NCBI GenBank assembly: GCA_040879765.1
Contig: JBBDJQ010000001.1
Location: forward strand, 204,263-268,262
Direction: 5' to 3'
Length of the DNA stretch: 64,000 nucleotides
Origin: Candidatus Pacearchaeota archaeon
Lineage (GTDB): Archaea; Nanobdellota; Nanobdellia; Pacearchaeales; GW2011-AR1
This document shows, in pieces, positions 1 to 10,054 of this stretch (position 1 is the stretch's first letter; every line of letters starts with the position of its first letter). A program made the position numbers and the translations under genes. The notes under the pieces are model-generated. The model saw only the letters and a program-made list of their open reading frames with translations. It was not told the DNA's origin and did no database searches.

Positions 1-1
1 T

Positions 2-3000
2 CTGGCAGAAGACATAACTCTGAAAGAAAAAGTTACTTCTGGTTGGACAGCTTATACTCCTTCTATTGATGGAACACTTGCAGGAGTTGCAGATATTCCA
101 AGAGGAGAAATCAGATATACCGCAGATAACCTTGGAACAATAAGAGCTCAAGAATACAAGCTATTAAGTTATTTCATACTATCTTCGTCAGAAATAGATG
201 CTGCTGCTGAACTTAGATACAACCTTACATGGGGCTCAAGAAATAAATATGAAGATTCTGCGTTTAAAATAAACACATCAAGATATATTGATGAATCTAG
301 ATTGTCTTACAACATCAGAACAATTGGTAGCTTTAAAGACCGTTCAGCGGAAGCCGATGATGATTCATTGTATGAATTTAATATAACAAACATAGGAGAT
401 CTAAACATTGCAAACAACACATGGAATGTCAGTTTAAGCATTCCTTCGCAATGTACTCAATCAAACCACACAGGAACTTACAATTCTGGGACGGGAAAAA
501 TAACTTGGCCATTAGGACCTTTGAATGTAAGTGACATAAATACTTTCCACTTAAATCTAAACTGTAGTACAGAAAACAGATATGTATTAAGCGCAGAAGC
601 TGTAAATGACACGCAAACAAAAACAAGCTTTTCAAATTCAACAAACATTGACTGTTCTTTCAGCAGTGGAAATGATTGTGTTTCCACAGAAAGCTTCACT
701 TTCAGCAAACCAAGCGATGCAAGATATGAAACCTTGAATAATGTTAACACAACAATCTTCTATAACTGGGATGATTTCAAAACAACAATTGGAGAAGGCT
801 CAGTGAATATTACTAATGATGACGGAAAAGGAAATTTGTTATGGCAAAACTTTTCCATAACAAACCCTGATGGTACAAGTGGAACTGTCTTTTCAAATTA
901 CACTCTTGACGATTCAGAAAAATCTAAATTTGTAAATTCGGCAAGAAATATTAGAGTACGTGCATTTGTGGATTCAACTTCAAGTCCAAATGGAAATGTG
1001 AGTGTACAAAACATTGCATACACATGGGATCATGGAACACTTTTCAACGAAACTCATGAACTTTTCATAGACATACATCCTTTCATATTTGATCTTCCAA
1101 CTCCTGTGCTTTCAACACCTACAAATAATTCTCTACAGGCAGCTGTTCCTGTCGGTTTATCATGGGAAGCTATAGAAGAGCCAGAAGGAGTGGATATAAG
1201 TTATTACGTATTCGGAGATGACACTGATGCATCGACAATTTTAGATACTACAGAAGAAAATCTTTACCTATGGCGTGATCTTGGAGCTCAGCAAGGAATA
1301 TTTTATTGGAAAATAATTGCTACGGATGGAATTTCAAACACCACATCTGAAACACGCCAGTTTGAACTGGATTTATGTCAACCAAACACTGATTTCGCTT
1401 TTGCAGAAAGTTATCCGATGTCTTATGATAATATAACGGACACAATAACTATTTGGGGTAGTAATGGCACTGACTTCGATGCAATGGGCAACAACGAAAG
1501 CAATCCAATAACATTCCAAGAAATATTTGAATTTGGTCAAGCTGTAAGAGGAGTTTGTGCAGTTAACAATCCTTCATCAGGAGCGTATGTTGTATTAAGC
1601 CGTCTTGAATTAGGAAACACAACCGACTCATTAAATACTACTTTCGTAAAGACAACGGGAGAATCGTTAGGCTTTGGTAAGCAGGTTCAATTAAATTTTA
1701 ACGCAACTTTGACATCTGGAAGAGTCACGGCAGGAGGAACACCTCAAGCAGGATCAACACTTGCGTTCTCTGGTTTAGATGCAACAGGTAATGAAGAAGG
1801 ACAGTTTTACACAAAGAGCGGTTCAAATCTAAAATTATTCGACACAGGCGTCTCGCACACCATTGATGCAAACAACTCAAATCCTTTCAGGCTTTATTGG
1901 AATGGAAACACAGAAATAAGAGCAAGCACCTTACAGAACTGGCACACAATAAGATTCTTTGGAAGTAATAATATAATAAACAATATGATTTTGACAGATA
2001 TGGGTGAAGGTTTCTTCCCTGCAACAACACAAACAGGAACGCTGACAACTGTAAGACCTAGCGGAATTGATACTGGCGGTTTAATGTTGTTCACTGAAAA
2101 CACTTCTTTAACAGAGCCAAATTTCACAATAACAGGCCTAGAGGTTTCAGAATCAACAAACGACATACTCGTTCAAAATTATACTGGGAAAGCGATTTTG
2201 ATAAACCCTACACTAAACTTCAGCAACATAAACTGGACAGAAGGTTCCTTCGGTGGAAGCATTGAAAGAAAATTCGATTACACTCCAACGATAACTGATT
2301 CAATAGGTGCATCTGTTGCAAACACAACACTTGTGTTACTTGACACAAAAGGAGATTTAATTTTCTCATTGAAAACAGACGCTCAAGGAAGCATTCCAAA
2401 ACAGATAATTACAAGGGCACTCTATGATTACAATTTCAAAACCGGAGACGACCAAGGACCTCACACACTTTACATACAAAAATACGGAAGCAATTTCCAG
2501 ACAGCGGCTAAAGCTTTCTCTGCAGCGACGGTTGAAACCTTGCAATTAGGTGATAATCAATTCACAACGCTTTCAGAGTCAGGAGCAGAAGCTTTGGAAA
2601 ACATAACATACAACGCTCCAACTCAAGTAAGCCATGGTGATGAGATAAATACTACTTGGAGTACTTCTGGAACGTTGGCAAACGCCCCAATAGACCAGTG
2701 CCAGTTCTTTGCAATTTTCGCGAACAGCACAAAACTTGTTGAAGGGGCAAGCAACAACTTTACAATAAATTATGCAACAGGAGAAGTTACATTCAACCAA
2801 GACATGTCTGATTATGAAATCCGCCCAGTGTATTCTTACGGAGGAAATGTTACAGTTACAAATGGTTTGACAGTTGCAGAAGCGTTTACAATGAAAGACC
2901 TTTACGACTTTACACAACAGCAAACAACTCAAAACAACTTGTCAGCAGACCTATTGACTGTTGATGGATTAACTTACACATTCTGTGTGGACCTTGCTTT

Positions 3001-6000
3001 AGGAAACAACGACACCGCTGGAAGTATTTCAGACCCAGAAGCAACAATAGAATTCAACGACGGTTATGATGTCATTGTCGGAGATAAAGGAGGTTTGCTT
3101 GACTTGGCAGGGGTTGGAGGAACAGGAACTGTTGAAAATATTGATGTAGGGAAACCACAGATAAAGCTTGGAGAAACGCAGACAGTATTAGTAAGCTTGA
3201 CAAATGATGTGGGAGACCCTTTAACAGGAGAAACAATTACTGCAAATGTTCATTTCCCTGATGGAACTATCTGGCTTGAAGACAAAGTATTCACAGAATT
3301 CACTGATGGGTTTTACAGATTGGAATTTAACATGCCTTCAATAGATAATGAAATTCCTTACGGAATTTATTCTGTGCATGTATTTGGACAAGGATTTAGC
3401 GCTGTAAGAACATTTGAATTTGTGCCTGAACTTGATTTAATCTCAAGATTTAGGGTCGGTGACAAGATATTTGATATAAATTTAGCGCATTTGGATAAAG
3501 GAACAGGAAACGTTACTTTGAAATTTGAAACCTTTAATCCAAGAAGTGAAAATAAGACTTTCTCGCAATTTGACCTTTGGGAAAGAAATTATTTTATGCT
3601 TTTGCCGACAACTCTTATGGCTTCTCACTTTGATGTAGATGTTTATGAAATGAATAACAGCAGAGAGATAAATTTTGACAGTTTTGAAGACCAAAATATA
3701 AGTGACTGGAGTTTCTCAGGAGATATAATAAATCTTACAGTTGCAGAAACAACTCTTTTAAGAGACAACTTTGCATTGAATGTAACTCTTAATTTCTCAA
3801 CAGGAAACGGAACAATTGCAAAGAACATTTCATCAACAGATTTCTCAAATGTTGCAAATGAATTAAGGGAGTTTGATGTTGAATACTATCTTCCTGATCT
3901 TCAACTAGAAAACATCTCTATAAAACTAAAGACAAATGAAACAGATTATTTTGTTGAGAACAGGGAATTAAGAGGTTGGAAGATATTGTTTTCGGGAGAA
4001 TCGGCAACACACATAGATTCTTTTGATTATGATAAACTGCAAACTTTCGGAAATCCAAACATTTCAAACATAACAGGAATTGAAATAACATTCATAGGAA
4101 CAGACAATTACACTACGCCAACTTCAATTTTGGTTGATGATGTTGAATTGCATAAATTGGAAATTTTCCCTCATGACAGAATGGGCTCAAAATTCTTATC
4201 TTCTGTAACAAGCACTCTTTTCTGGTGGAATGGAGATGGAACTTACAGGCTTGAAAGTAGAGAGGAAAAAGAGTATACAGTAATATTACAGTCTCTTGAA
4301 TTTGAATGGCTCACAACATGGGCAAATGATTTCCCTAATGACGCTTTCATACAGGAAAAATACCAAGAGGCTTTAGATGCAAACTTTTATTATGAGATTT
4401 TAGTGCCGTTTGAGCAGGTTAAAGGTTATTTACTTGCAAACACTGACAAAAAACTTTTCATTGTTTCAGACATTGGAACAAGTTACAATCCAGGAGATAA
4501 AGCAACAGCAAACATAGTTACTTACGATAACACTGCAAATCTTGTTACTGCGAATGTAACTGTCACTGCAAAATACCCGAATGGAACAACCTTCTCACAA
4601 GGAACTCCAACAGAAAGCTCAACAGGAATCTACAACTACAGTTTTGTAATTCCTTCAACACTTGGAGATTATTCAACATTAATAACTGCAAATGATTCTG
4701 TGAATAAAGACGCGAGAATACATACTATCTCTGTTGTTTCGGCAACCTCTGGCTCAGGAACAGGTGGTTTGGCCTTGAACATGTTCAACTCTGTTGGAAG
4801 CAGTTATGATTTGGGAGAAACCGTAAGGCTTTTCACTACAACTGTGAATTCCTCCGGATCATTAGTTAACTCAACAGTTAATGTTGCAACATTTGACCCG
4901 GACGGAACTCAAATAAACAGCGGGGAATCTATAAGAATTTCCGAAGGAAGATTTGAGTATAACTTTACTGCGCCGAGTACAGAAGGAACCTATAGGCTTA
5001 ATATTGATTCAAACTACTCTGGAGATGAAGCTCATGACACAGAGGCGTTTATCATATCTTCAGGCGGAGGCAGTGGCGGAGACGCCTCAGTTCCACAAAT
5101 ACAAGTAGAAGCACCAAATTCCATAGATACAAACACTAACTTTAGCATAACCTCTCTTACAACTAATAAAAATGGTGTAGCAACTAGTTGTGATTCTGGA
5201 GCAAACGTAACAATAAGAGATACTTTAGCAGGAACAAACCTTGTTGACAATGAAGCAATGACAAACTTCGGAACAGGTTTGTACAATTACACTTACTCGA
5301 CTGGAACAAGCTCAAGCTTCCTTACTGTAATTGATTGTACTATTTCGGGGGTTGAATACAAAGGAATAAAATCCTTTTCAACACAAGGCGTGGCATTGCC
5401 ATCAGGAGCAGTGGTAGAAATGTCCGACTTTGATGAGGTTCTTGCAGGAAACGATTACAGGGCAAAGGTTTGGGTATTTGACCAAAACGGAAATCCAATA
5501 AACGCCAATTCAATCCCAACAGTAACTCTATATGATCCATTAAGAAACATAATTGTGCAAGATGTTTCAATGACTCAAGATTCAACTGGAATTTATGTTT
5601 ATAATTTCACAACCTCGAGTACTCAAACCGGAGGTGTCTGGGAAACTATAGCAAATGTGGTTGTAAATGGTGTAACTTACTCTCCATCAGATTTCTGGGA
5701 ACTTGAATCCAGTCCTGCAGAAGTTAAGATAAATGAAATATCAGATAAAACAGTGCCAACAATAAGTGCTGATGTGACAATTACAAATGAGGGTAACAGC
5801 AATCAAGAATACCAATATGAATACTGTATTGTTTCTCAACAAAGCAATCAGTGTGGAGGAGATGACGATGAGGATTATGCCTCAGGAGCTAAACTACTAA
5901 GTCCTGGACAGAGTTTTAATCCAACTTTGAATCTTGAAGTTTTGACAGCAGGAGATTATTACTTCAAGCTTGTTGTTTACTTTGGAACAGAAAAATCTGG

Positions 6001-6691
6001 AGCTTCCCAATTATTCACTGCAGTTGATGAAGATACCACAACAAGCGAGCCAAGTTCTGGTGGGGGTAGTGGAAGTGCTGGCGGAGGGGGAGCAGCAACG
6101 CCAAGTGAAGAACTACCTGTGGAAGGAAAATCTGAATTATTCAATATAGAAATAAATATACCTGAAAGAAACCAAAGAATTGCTCCGGGGGAAAACATTG
6201 CCGCAGGAATAAAAATCACAGACTTCAGCTCAGTAAAAGGTGCCAAAAACATTACACTATATTACTACATAGAAAACTCTAAAGGTATTGTCTACTCTGA
6301 AAAATTCGAGCAACTAACTTTGAATGAGGTTTTAGAAATATTGCGTGAAATTAAAATCCCTAAAGACACTCCTGAAGGGGCATATTCTTTTGTGGCAAAA
6401 ATTGAATATCAAGAAGAAGTGGCAATAGGAAAAAAAACCTTCAGTGTTGTTAAAGAAGATATATTGACCCCTCCTTTAACAGAAAAAGTAAATCTTTATC
6501 TAATAGCAATAATATTAATTGTTGCATTAATCATACTTTTACTCATGAGATTTTTCTATGGGGGAAAAAGAGGAAATCTAAAAAAAGACTATGCACACAG
6601 AAAGAGAAAATGGTTTGGTAAGAGTAAAACAGCCCATAGCTATCATGAAAGAGAAAGCTTAAAAAAGATTATTAGGCACATTAAGGAATAA
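2..6691 (+). CDS. Giant secreted/surface glycoprotein (S-layer/adhesin-like), 5' truncated by window edge
   Basis: Frame 2 is open from the window start (LAEDITLKEKVTSGW...), so the TTG at 302 is not the true start. Thr/Ser/Asn-rich with many N-x-S/T sequons, an FN3-like block, five Ig/MG2-like modules, a Gly/Ser linker, a C-terminal hydrophobic helix (NLYLIAIILIVALIILLLMRFF) and a basic tail. Confidence 0.9.
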   Translation: MAEDITLKEKVTSGWTAYTPSIDGTLAGVADIPRGEIRYTADNLGTIRAQEYKLLSYFILSSSEIDAAAELRYNLTWGSRNKYEDSAFKINTSRYIDESRLSYNIRTIGSFKDRSAEADDDSLYEFNITNIGDLNIANNTWNVSLSIPSQCTQSNHTGTYNSGTGKITWPLGPLNVSDINTFHLNLNCSTENRYVLSAEAVNDTQTKTSFSNSTNIDCSFSSGNDCVSTESFTFSKPSDARYETLNNVNTTIFYNWDDFKTTIGEGSVNITNDDGKGNLLWQNFSITNPDGTSGTVFSNYTLDDSEKSKFVNSARNIRVRAFVDSTSSPNGNVSVQNIAYTWDHGTLFNETHELFIDIHPFIFDLPTPVLSTPTNNSLQAAVPVGLSWEAIEEPEGVDISYYVFGDDTDASTILDTTEENLYLWRDLGAQQGIFYWKIIATDGISNTTSETRQFELDLCQPNTDFAFAESYPMSYDNITDTITIWGSNGTDFDAMGNNESNPITFQEIFEFGQAVRGVCAVNNPSSGAYVVLSRLELGNTTDSLNTTFVKTTGESLGFGKQVQLNFNATLTSGRVTAGGTPQAGSTLAFSGLDATGNEEGQFYTKSGSNLKLFDTGVSHTIDANNSNPFRLYWNGNTEIRASTLQNWHTIRFFGSNNIINNMILTDMGEGFFPATTQTGTLTTVRPSGIDTGGLMLFTENTSLTEPNFTITGLEVSESTNDILVQNYTGKAILINPTLNFSNINWTEGSFGGSIERKFDYTPTITDSIGASVANTTLVLLDTKGDLIFSLKTDAQGSIPKQIITRALYDYNFKTGDDQGPHTLYIQKYGSNFQTAAKAFSAATVETLQLGDNQFTTLSESGAEALENITYNAPTQVSHGDEINTTWSTSGTLANAPIDQCQFFAIFANSTKLVEGASNNFTINYATGEVTFNQDMSDYEIRPVYSYGGNVTVTNGLTVAEAFTMKDLYDFTQQQTTQNNLSADLLTVDGLTYTFCVDLALGNNDTAGSISDPEATIEFNDGYDVIVGDKGGLLDLAGVGGTGTVENIDVGKPQIKLGETQTVLVSLTNDVGDPLTGETITANVHFPDGTIWLEDKVFTEFTDGFYRLEFNMPSIDNEIPYGIYSVHVFGQGFSAVRTFEFVPELDLISRFRVGDKIFDINLAHLDKGTGNVTLKFETFNPRSENKTFSQFDLWERNYFMLLPTTLMASHFDVDVYEMNNSREINFDSFEDQNISDWSFSGDIINLTVAETTLLRDNFALNVTLNFSTGNGTIAKNISSTDFSNVANELREFDVEYYLPDLQLENISIKLKTNETDYFVENRELRGWKILFSGESATHIDSFDYDKLQTFGNPNISNITGIEITFIGTDNYTTPTSILVDDVELHKLEIFPHDRMGSKFLSSVTSTLFWWNGDGTYRLESREEKEYTVILQSLEFEWLTTWANDFPNDAFIQEKYQEALDANFYYEILVPFEQVKGYLLANTDKKLFIVSDIGTSYNPGDKATANIVTYDNTANLVTANVTVTAKYPNGTTFSQGTPTESSTGIYNYSFVIPSTLGDYSTLITANDSVNKDARIHTISVVSATSGSGTGGLALNMFNSVGSSYDLGETVRLFTTTVNSSGSLVNSTVNVATFDPDGTQINSGESIRISEGRFEYNFTAPSTEGTYRLNIDSNYSGDEAHDTEAFIISSGGGSGGDASVPQIQVEAPNSIDTNTNFSITSLTTNKNGVATSCDSGANVTIRDTLAGTNLVDNEAMTNFGTGLYNYTYSTGTSSSFLTVIDCTISGVEYKGIKSFSTQGVALPSGAVVEMSDFDEVLAGNDYRAKVWVFDQNGNPINANSIPTVTLYDPLRNIIVQDVSMTQDSTGIYVYNFTTSSTQTGGVWETIANVVVNGVTYSPSDFWELESSPAEVKINEISDKTVPTISADVTITNEGNSNQEYQYEYCIVSQQSNQCGGDDDEDYASGAKLLSPGQSFNPTLNLEVLTAGDYYFKLVVYFGTEKSGASQLFTAVDEDTTTSEPSSGGGSGSAGGGGAATPSEELPVEGKSELFNIEINIPERNQRIAPGENIAAGIKITDFSSVKGAKNITLYYYIENSKGIVYSEKFEQLTLNEVLEILREIKIPKDTPEGAYSFVAKIEYQEEVAIGKKTFSVVKEDILTPPLTEKVNLYLIAIILIVALIILLLMRFFYGGKRGNLKKDYAHRKRKWFGKSKTAHSYHERESLKKIIRHIKE

Positions 6692-6704
6692 GAAAAAAGA
6701 AAAA

Positions 6705-7499
6705 ATGAAACATAAAGGAAACATAATAGCAATAATGTCACCAAAAGGAGGCGTCGGAAAAACAGTAACTACTGCAAATCTTGCCGCGGCTTTAGCATTA
6801 GTTTATGATAAAAAAGTTCTTGCTGTTGATACAAACGTTTCTACTGCTTCATTGGGCATGCATTTTGGCATTTTCTTTCCAGAACATACTCTTCAGGATA
6901 TTTCCGGTAATGCCGGCGATGAGAAATCCCTTCATGTTTACCACCAAAACCTCCACATAATTCCTGCTTCAATAAAAATAAAAAAGAAAGAAAAAAATTT
7001 AAATTCGCTGAGAGAAAACCTCTATTCCACAGTTAAAAATTACGAGAAATTCTTAAAGAGTTTGTCTGATGATTACTATTTAATTCTTCTTGACTGTTCT
7101 CCAGGATTTGACCTTGAGACTTTGGCAGCCATGCAGGTTGCTTCTGGGTTGATCATTGTTACAAACCCAGATTATCCTTCAATCATAACAGCAGCAAGAG
7201 CAATTGAATATGCTAAAAAAATAAAGATGCCTGTCGGAGGACTTGTGTTAAATCAGGTAAGAAAAAAGAAATACGAACTAAAAAAGGAACATATTGAAGA
7301 TGCACTTAAAATAAAAATTCTTGAAGAGATTCCGTACGATAGGAAAGTACAGGAATCAATTGCAAATAGAAAACCTGTTGTTTTGTTCAAGCAAAATTCA
7401 AAATCAGGCAGGGCATTTCAAAAATTGGCTGCTTCCATTTGCGGAGAGGATTATAGGGATTCGTGGATTAGAAAAATAATTAAAAAAGTAAAACGATGA
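6705..7499 (+). CDS. MinD/ParA-family ATPase
   Basis: Deviant Walker A SPKGGVGKT, AVDTN, LLDCSPG, C-terminal amphipathic helix SWIRKIIKKVKR. Confidence 0.9.
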   Translation: MKHKGNIIAIMSPKGGVGKTVTTANLAAALALVYDKKVLAVDTNVSTASLGMHFGIFFPEHTLQDISGNAGDEKSLHVYHQNLHIIPASIKIKKKEKNLNSLRENLYSTVKNYEKFLKSLSDDYYLILLDCSPGFDLETLAAMQVASGLIIVTNPDYPSIITAARAIEYAKKIKMPVGGLVLNQVRKKKYELKKEHIEDALKIKILEEIPYDRKVQESIANRKPVVLFKQNSKSGRAFQKLAASICGEDYRDSWIRKIIKKVKR

Positions 7500-7793
7500 A
7501 CAAATTTAAAATCAAAGGAGAATAAATAAAAATATTTTTTTATATTGGTCATTTTTTAACCTGGTTTTGCCAATAATAAATTCTTTTGAAATAGCCGATG
7601 TGATAAGGAACTATGGTGGTATTCCAGTAGTCAAAGTTGCCTAGATACATCTCATGCCTATCATCTTGGTTTTGATATTAATAATACCTAATTAGATATT
7701 TTGAAATTATGATTCAAAGAAAGGGTGTTTAGATATGAGAAAAAAGACTAATAAACAAATTTAAAAATAAAAAATGGTTAAGAGAATAAGAAT

Positions 7794-8231
7794 ATGGTAG
7801 CACTAATAAACGACATTGCAATAATCTTCCTTGTTTTTGTAATCCATATTGTTGCAATAATCTATACATGGAAAGTCGGACTAATATTTAATTCAAGGTC
7901 TTGGAATTTTATAATGGCAGCATTTATTATACTTCTTTTTTGGGATATGGTTAATTTTTTGAACTTATTTGAACTTATTTATTATGACCACCCCTATATG
8001 TTGTTCATAAATCAAATTTATTTACCCTTAATATTTTGGATTTTGATAAGTTTGGGAATGGCTAGGATTTATTATAACATAAGACATTCTATGAATATCG
8101 AAAAAAAATTAAAGAATTCCGAGAATACAAAAAAATCTGCAGATAAGAATTCTGGAAAGAAGAAAAAAAAAGGTAAAAGACTAACTTTTGATGAAAGAGT
8201 TTCAAAAATTTTAGAAAGAGAGGGAGTTTAA
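7794..8231 (+). CDS. Hypothetical membrane protein (~3 TM helices, basic C-terminus)
   Basis: Three hydrophobic segments followed by a Lys-rich tail. Confidence 0.75.
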   Translation: MVALINDIAIIFLVFVIHIVAIIYTWKVGLIFNSRSWNFIMAAFIILLFWDMVNFLNLFELIYYDHPYMLFINQIYLPLIFWILISLGMARIYYNIRHSMNIEKKLKNSENTKKSADKNSGKKKKKGKRLTFDERVSKILEREGV

Positions 8232-8238
8232 TTTAAAT

Positions 8239-8601
8239 ATGGCGAATGAAGATAAAGATTTCGATAAAGAAGAGAAAAGAATAGATGAGGAAGAAAAAGG
8301 ATTAAAAATAAAGAAATTAATTTTGAAACTCTCAAGGGCAAAAGATGCTTTAACTAGATCTAAGAGGGCTAAAAAGAAATTAGATCCAATGGACAAATAT
8401 CTTTATGATGAAGAGATAAATTTGAATAAAGAATTACCTGGGGTAAAGAAGAAGCTTGAAAAACTTATGGAAGAGAAGGAGGAAATAGAAAAGAAAAAAG
8501 ATTATCTTGACAAAGCTATAGAAAAACTAAATAAGTCAATAGATAGTCAAAATAAGAGAATTCTTGAAATCGGAAAGAAGTTGAATAAAGTAAGAAGGTA
8601 A
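8239..8601 (+). CDS. Hypothetical coiled-coil protein
   Basis: K/E-rich heptad-like sequence, 7 nt after the previous stop. Confidence 0.7.
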   Translation: MANEDKDFDKEEKRIDEEEKGLKIKKLILKLSRAKDALTRSKRAKKKLDPMDKYLYDEEINLNKELPGVKKKLEKLMEEKEEIEKKKDYLDKAIEKLNKSIDSQNKRILEIGKKLNKVRR

Positions 8602-8602
8602 T

Positions 8603-9976
8603 TTAATCTCTATTTATTTCTTTTTCAATTATTTCCTTGGCAACTTTGAAATCCGCTCTTTTGTTTGAGATTTTCATAACCTGGCCTATTAAGAAATTTA
8701 TGGATTCCTTTTTACCTTGTTTGTAATCTTCTGCAGCTTTTGGATTTTTTCTAATAACTTCTTTTGCTATTTTTTTAATCTCTGATTTTGAAGAAATCTT
8801 CTTAGAACTTTTAGCTTTCTCTTTCGGAGAAAATGATTTTGGAATAAACTCATTTAAAATTTCTTTTGCTTTTAATTCTGTAATGGTTTTTCTCTCAATT
8901 AGCTTTAGAAGCTCTATAAAATGATTTGTTTGAATTGAGACTTCATGAAGTTCTTTTTTTGAATAATTTAAAACTCTCAATAATTCTCCAGTAACCCAGC
9001 GACTTGCAAGTTTTGGTTCGACTTTTTTTATTATTTGTTCGAAAAATTCAACCAAATCTAAATTAGTTGTAAGGATTTCTGCATGTTTTTTCTCGATTTT
9101 ATGTTTTTTTATAATCCCTTTTATTTTTTCTTGAGGTCTTTCAGGTAAAGATTTTTTCTCTTTATCAATTTCTTTTTTATCCACTTTCAAAACAGGCAAG
9201 TCTGGTTCTGAAATAAATCTGTAGTCTTCTGCTAATTCTTTATCCCTCATCTTCATAGTCTTTCCAGAAATTTCATCAAACATTCTTGTCTCAAGTTTTT
9301 TTGCTAGCTCTCCTGGCTTGCTTTGCCTAGAAATTTCATATTCAATTGCCCGTTCTATGTTCTTTAAGCTGTTGATATTTTTTATCTCAACTCTTTCTCC
9401 TTTTAATTCAGGAATAGAAACATTAACATCTGCCTTGACTCCTAGGGTTCTATCAATTATTTTCATGTAAGTTAGAGTTTCGACTAATTGTTTCATCCAT
9501 CTTATGACTTGTTTTGAATTTATGAAATCTGGCTCTGTAACAATTTCAATTAAGGGATAACCTGATTTGTTATAATCTATTTCCCCTGTTTTTGGATTCC
9601 ATGCTGCAGGATCTTCTTCTAAATGCGCCTCGGTTATTTTTATGTTTTGGAAATTTCCATTTTCACAGAAAGGAATTACATGACTTCCAGAAATTGTGTT
9701 TTGATATCCTTTTGGTAAATCCGGCCAGCTGTAATGTTTTCTTTGCCAAGCCACTTTGGGATTAATTTTGCATCCAAGAATTAGTGCTATTTGAATTCCT
9801 TTTCTTATTGCTTTTTTATTTGGTAGCATGAGTTTTGCTCCTGGTTGCCCAGTGCAAATTGGACATATGTTTGTGTTTGGTTTGCTTATCTTTGATCCGT
9901 GTGTGGAATTACATGAACAGAATAATTTTTCCTTTGTTTTAAGATATCCATGGATTTCTAATCCTATTTTGACCAT
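8603..9976 (-). CDS. gatB: Asp-tRNA(Asn)/Glu-tRNA(Gln) amidotransferase subunit B
   Basis: KIGLEIH, NTNICPIC, YSWPDLPKGYQ, HLEEDPA, PLIEIVTEPD, C-terminal Yqey-like domain (FLIGQVMK). Confidence 0.97.
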   Translation of the reverse strand: MVKIGLEIHGYLKTKEKLFCSCNSTHGSKISKPNTNICPICTGQPGAKLMLPNKKAIRKGIQIALILGCKINPKVAWQRKHYSWPDLPKGYQNTISGSHVIPFCENGNFQNIKITEAHLEEDPAAWNPKTGEIDYNKSGYPLIEIVTEPDFINSKQVIRWMKQLVETLTYMKIIDRTLGVKADVNVSIPELKGERVEIKNINSLKNIERAIEYEISRQSKPGELAKKLETRMFDEISGKTMKMRDKELAEDYRFISEPDLPVLKVDKKEIDKEKKSLPERPQEKIKGIIKKHKIEKKHAEILTTNLDLVEFFEQIIKKVEPKLASRWVTGELLRVLNYSKKELHEVSIQTNHFIELLKLIERKTITELKAKEILNEFIPKSFSPKEKAKSSKKISSKSEIKKIAKEVIRKNPKAAEDYKQGKKESINFLIGQVMKISNKRADFKVAKEIIEKEINRD

Positions 9977-10025
9977 AATTCAAAAAAGAAAATGTGCTTT
10001 ATTAATTTGATGTCTTTGTGAAAAG

Positions 10026-10033
10026 TTTTTATA
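10026..10033 (+). promoter_or_regulatory. TATA-like box for gatD (probable leaderless transcript)
   Basis: TTTTTATA preceded by purine-rich AAAAG, 21 nt before the ATG. Confidence 0.5.
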
Positions 10034-10054
10034 TCTTGTTTAGCTTTTGGGGTT

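Noticed and set aside
302-304. TTG as start of the giant protein
   Set aside because: The frame stays open to the window edge and there is no signal peptide after this codon.
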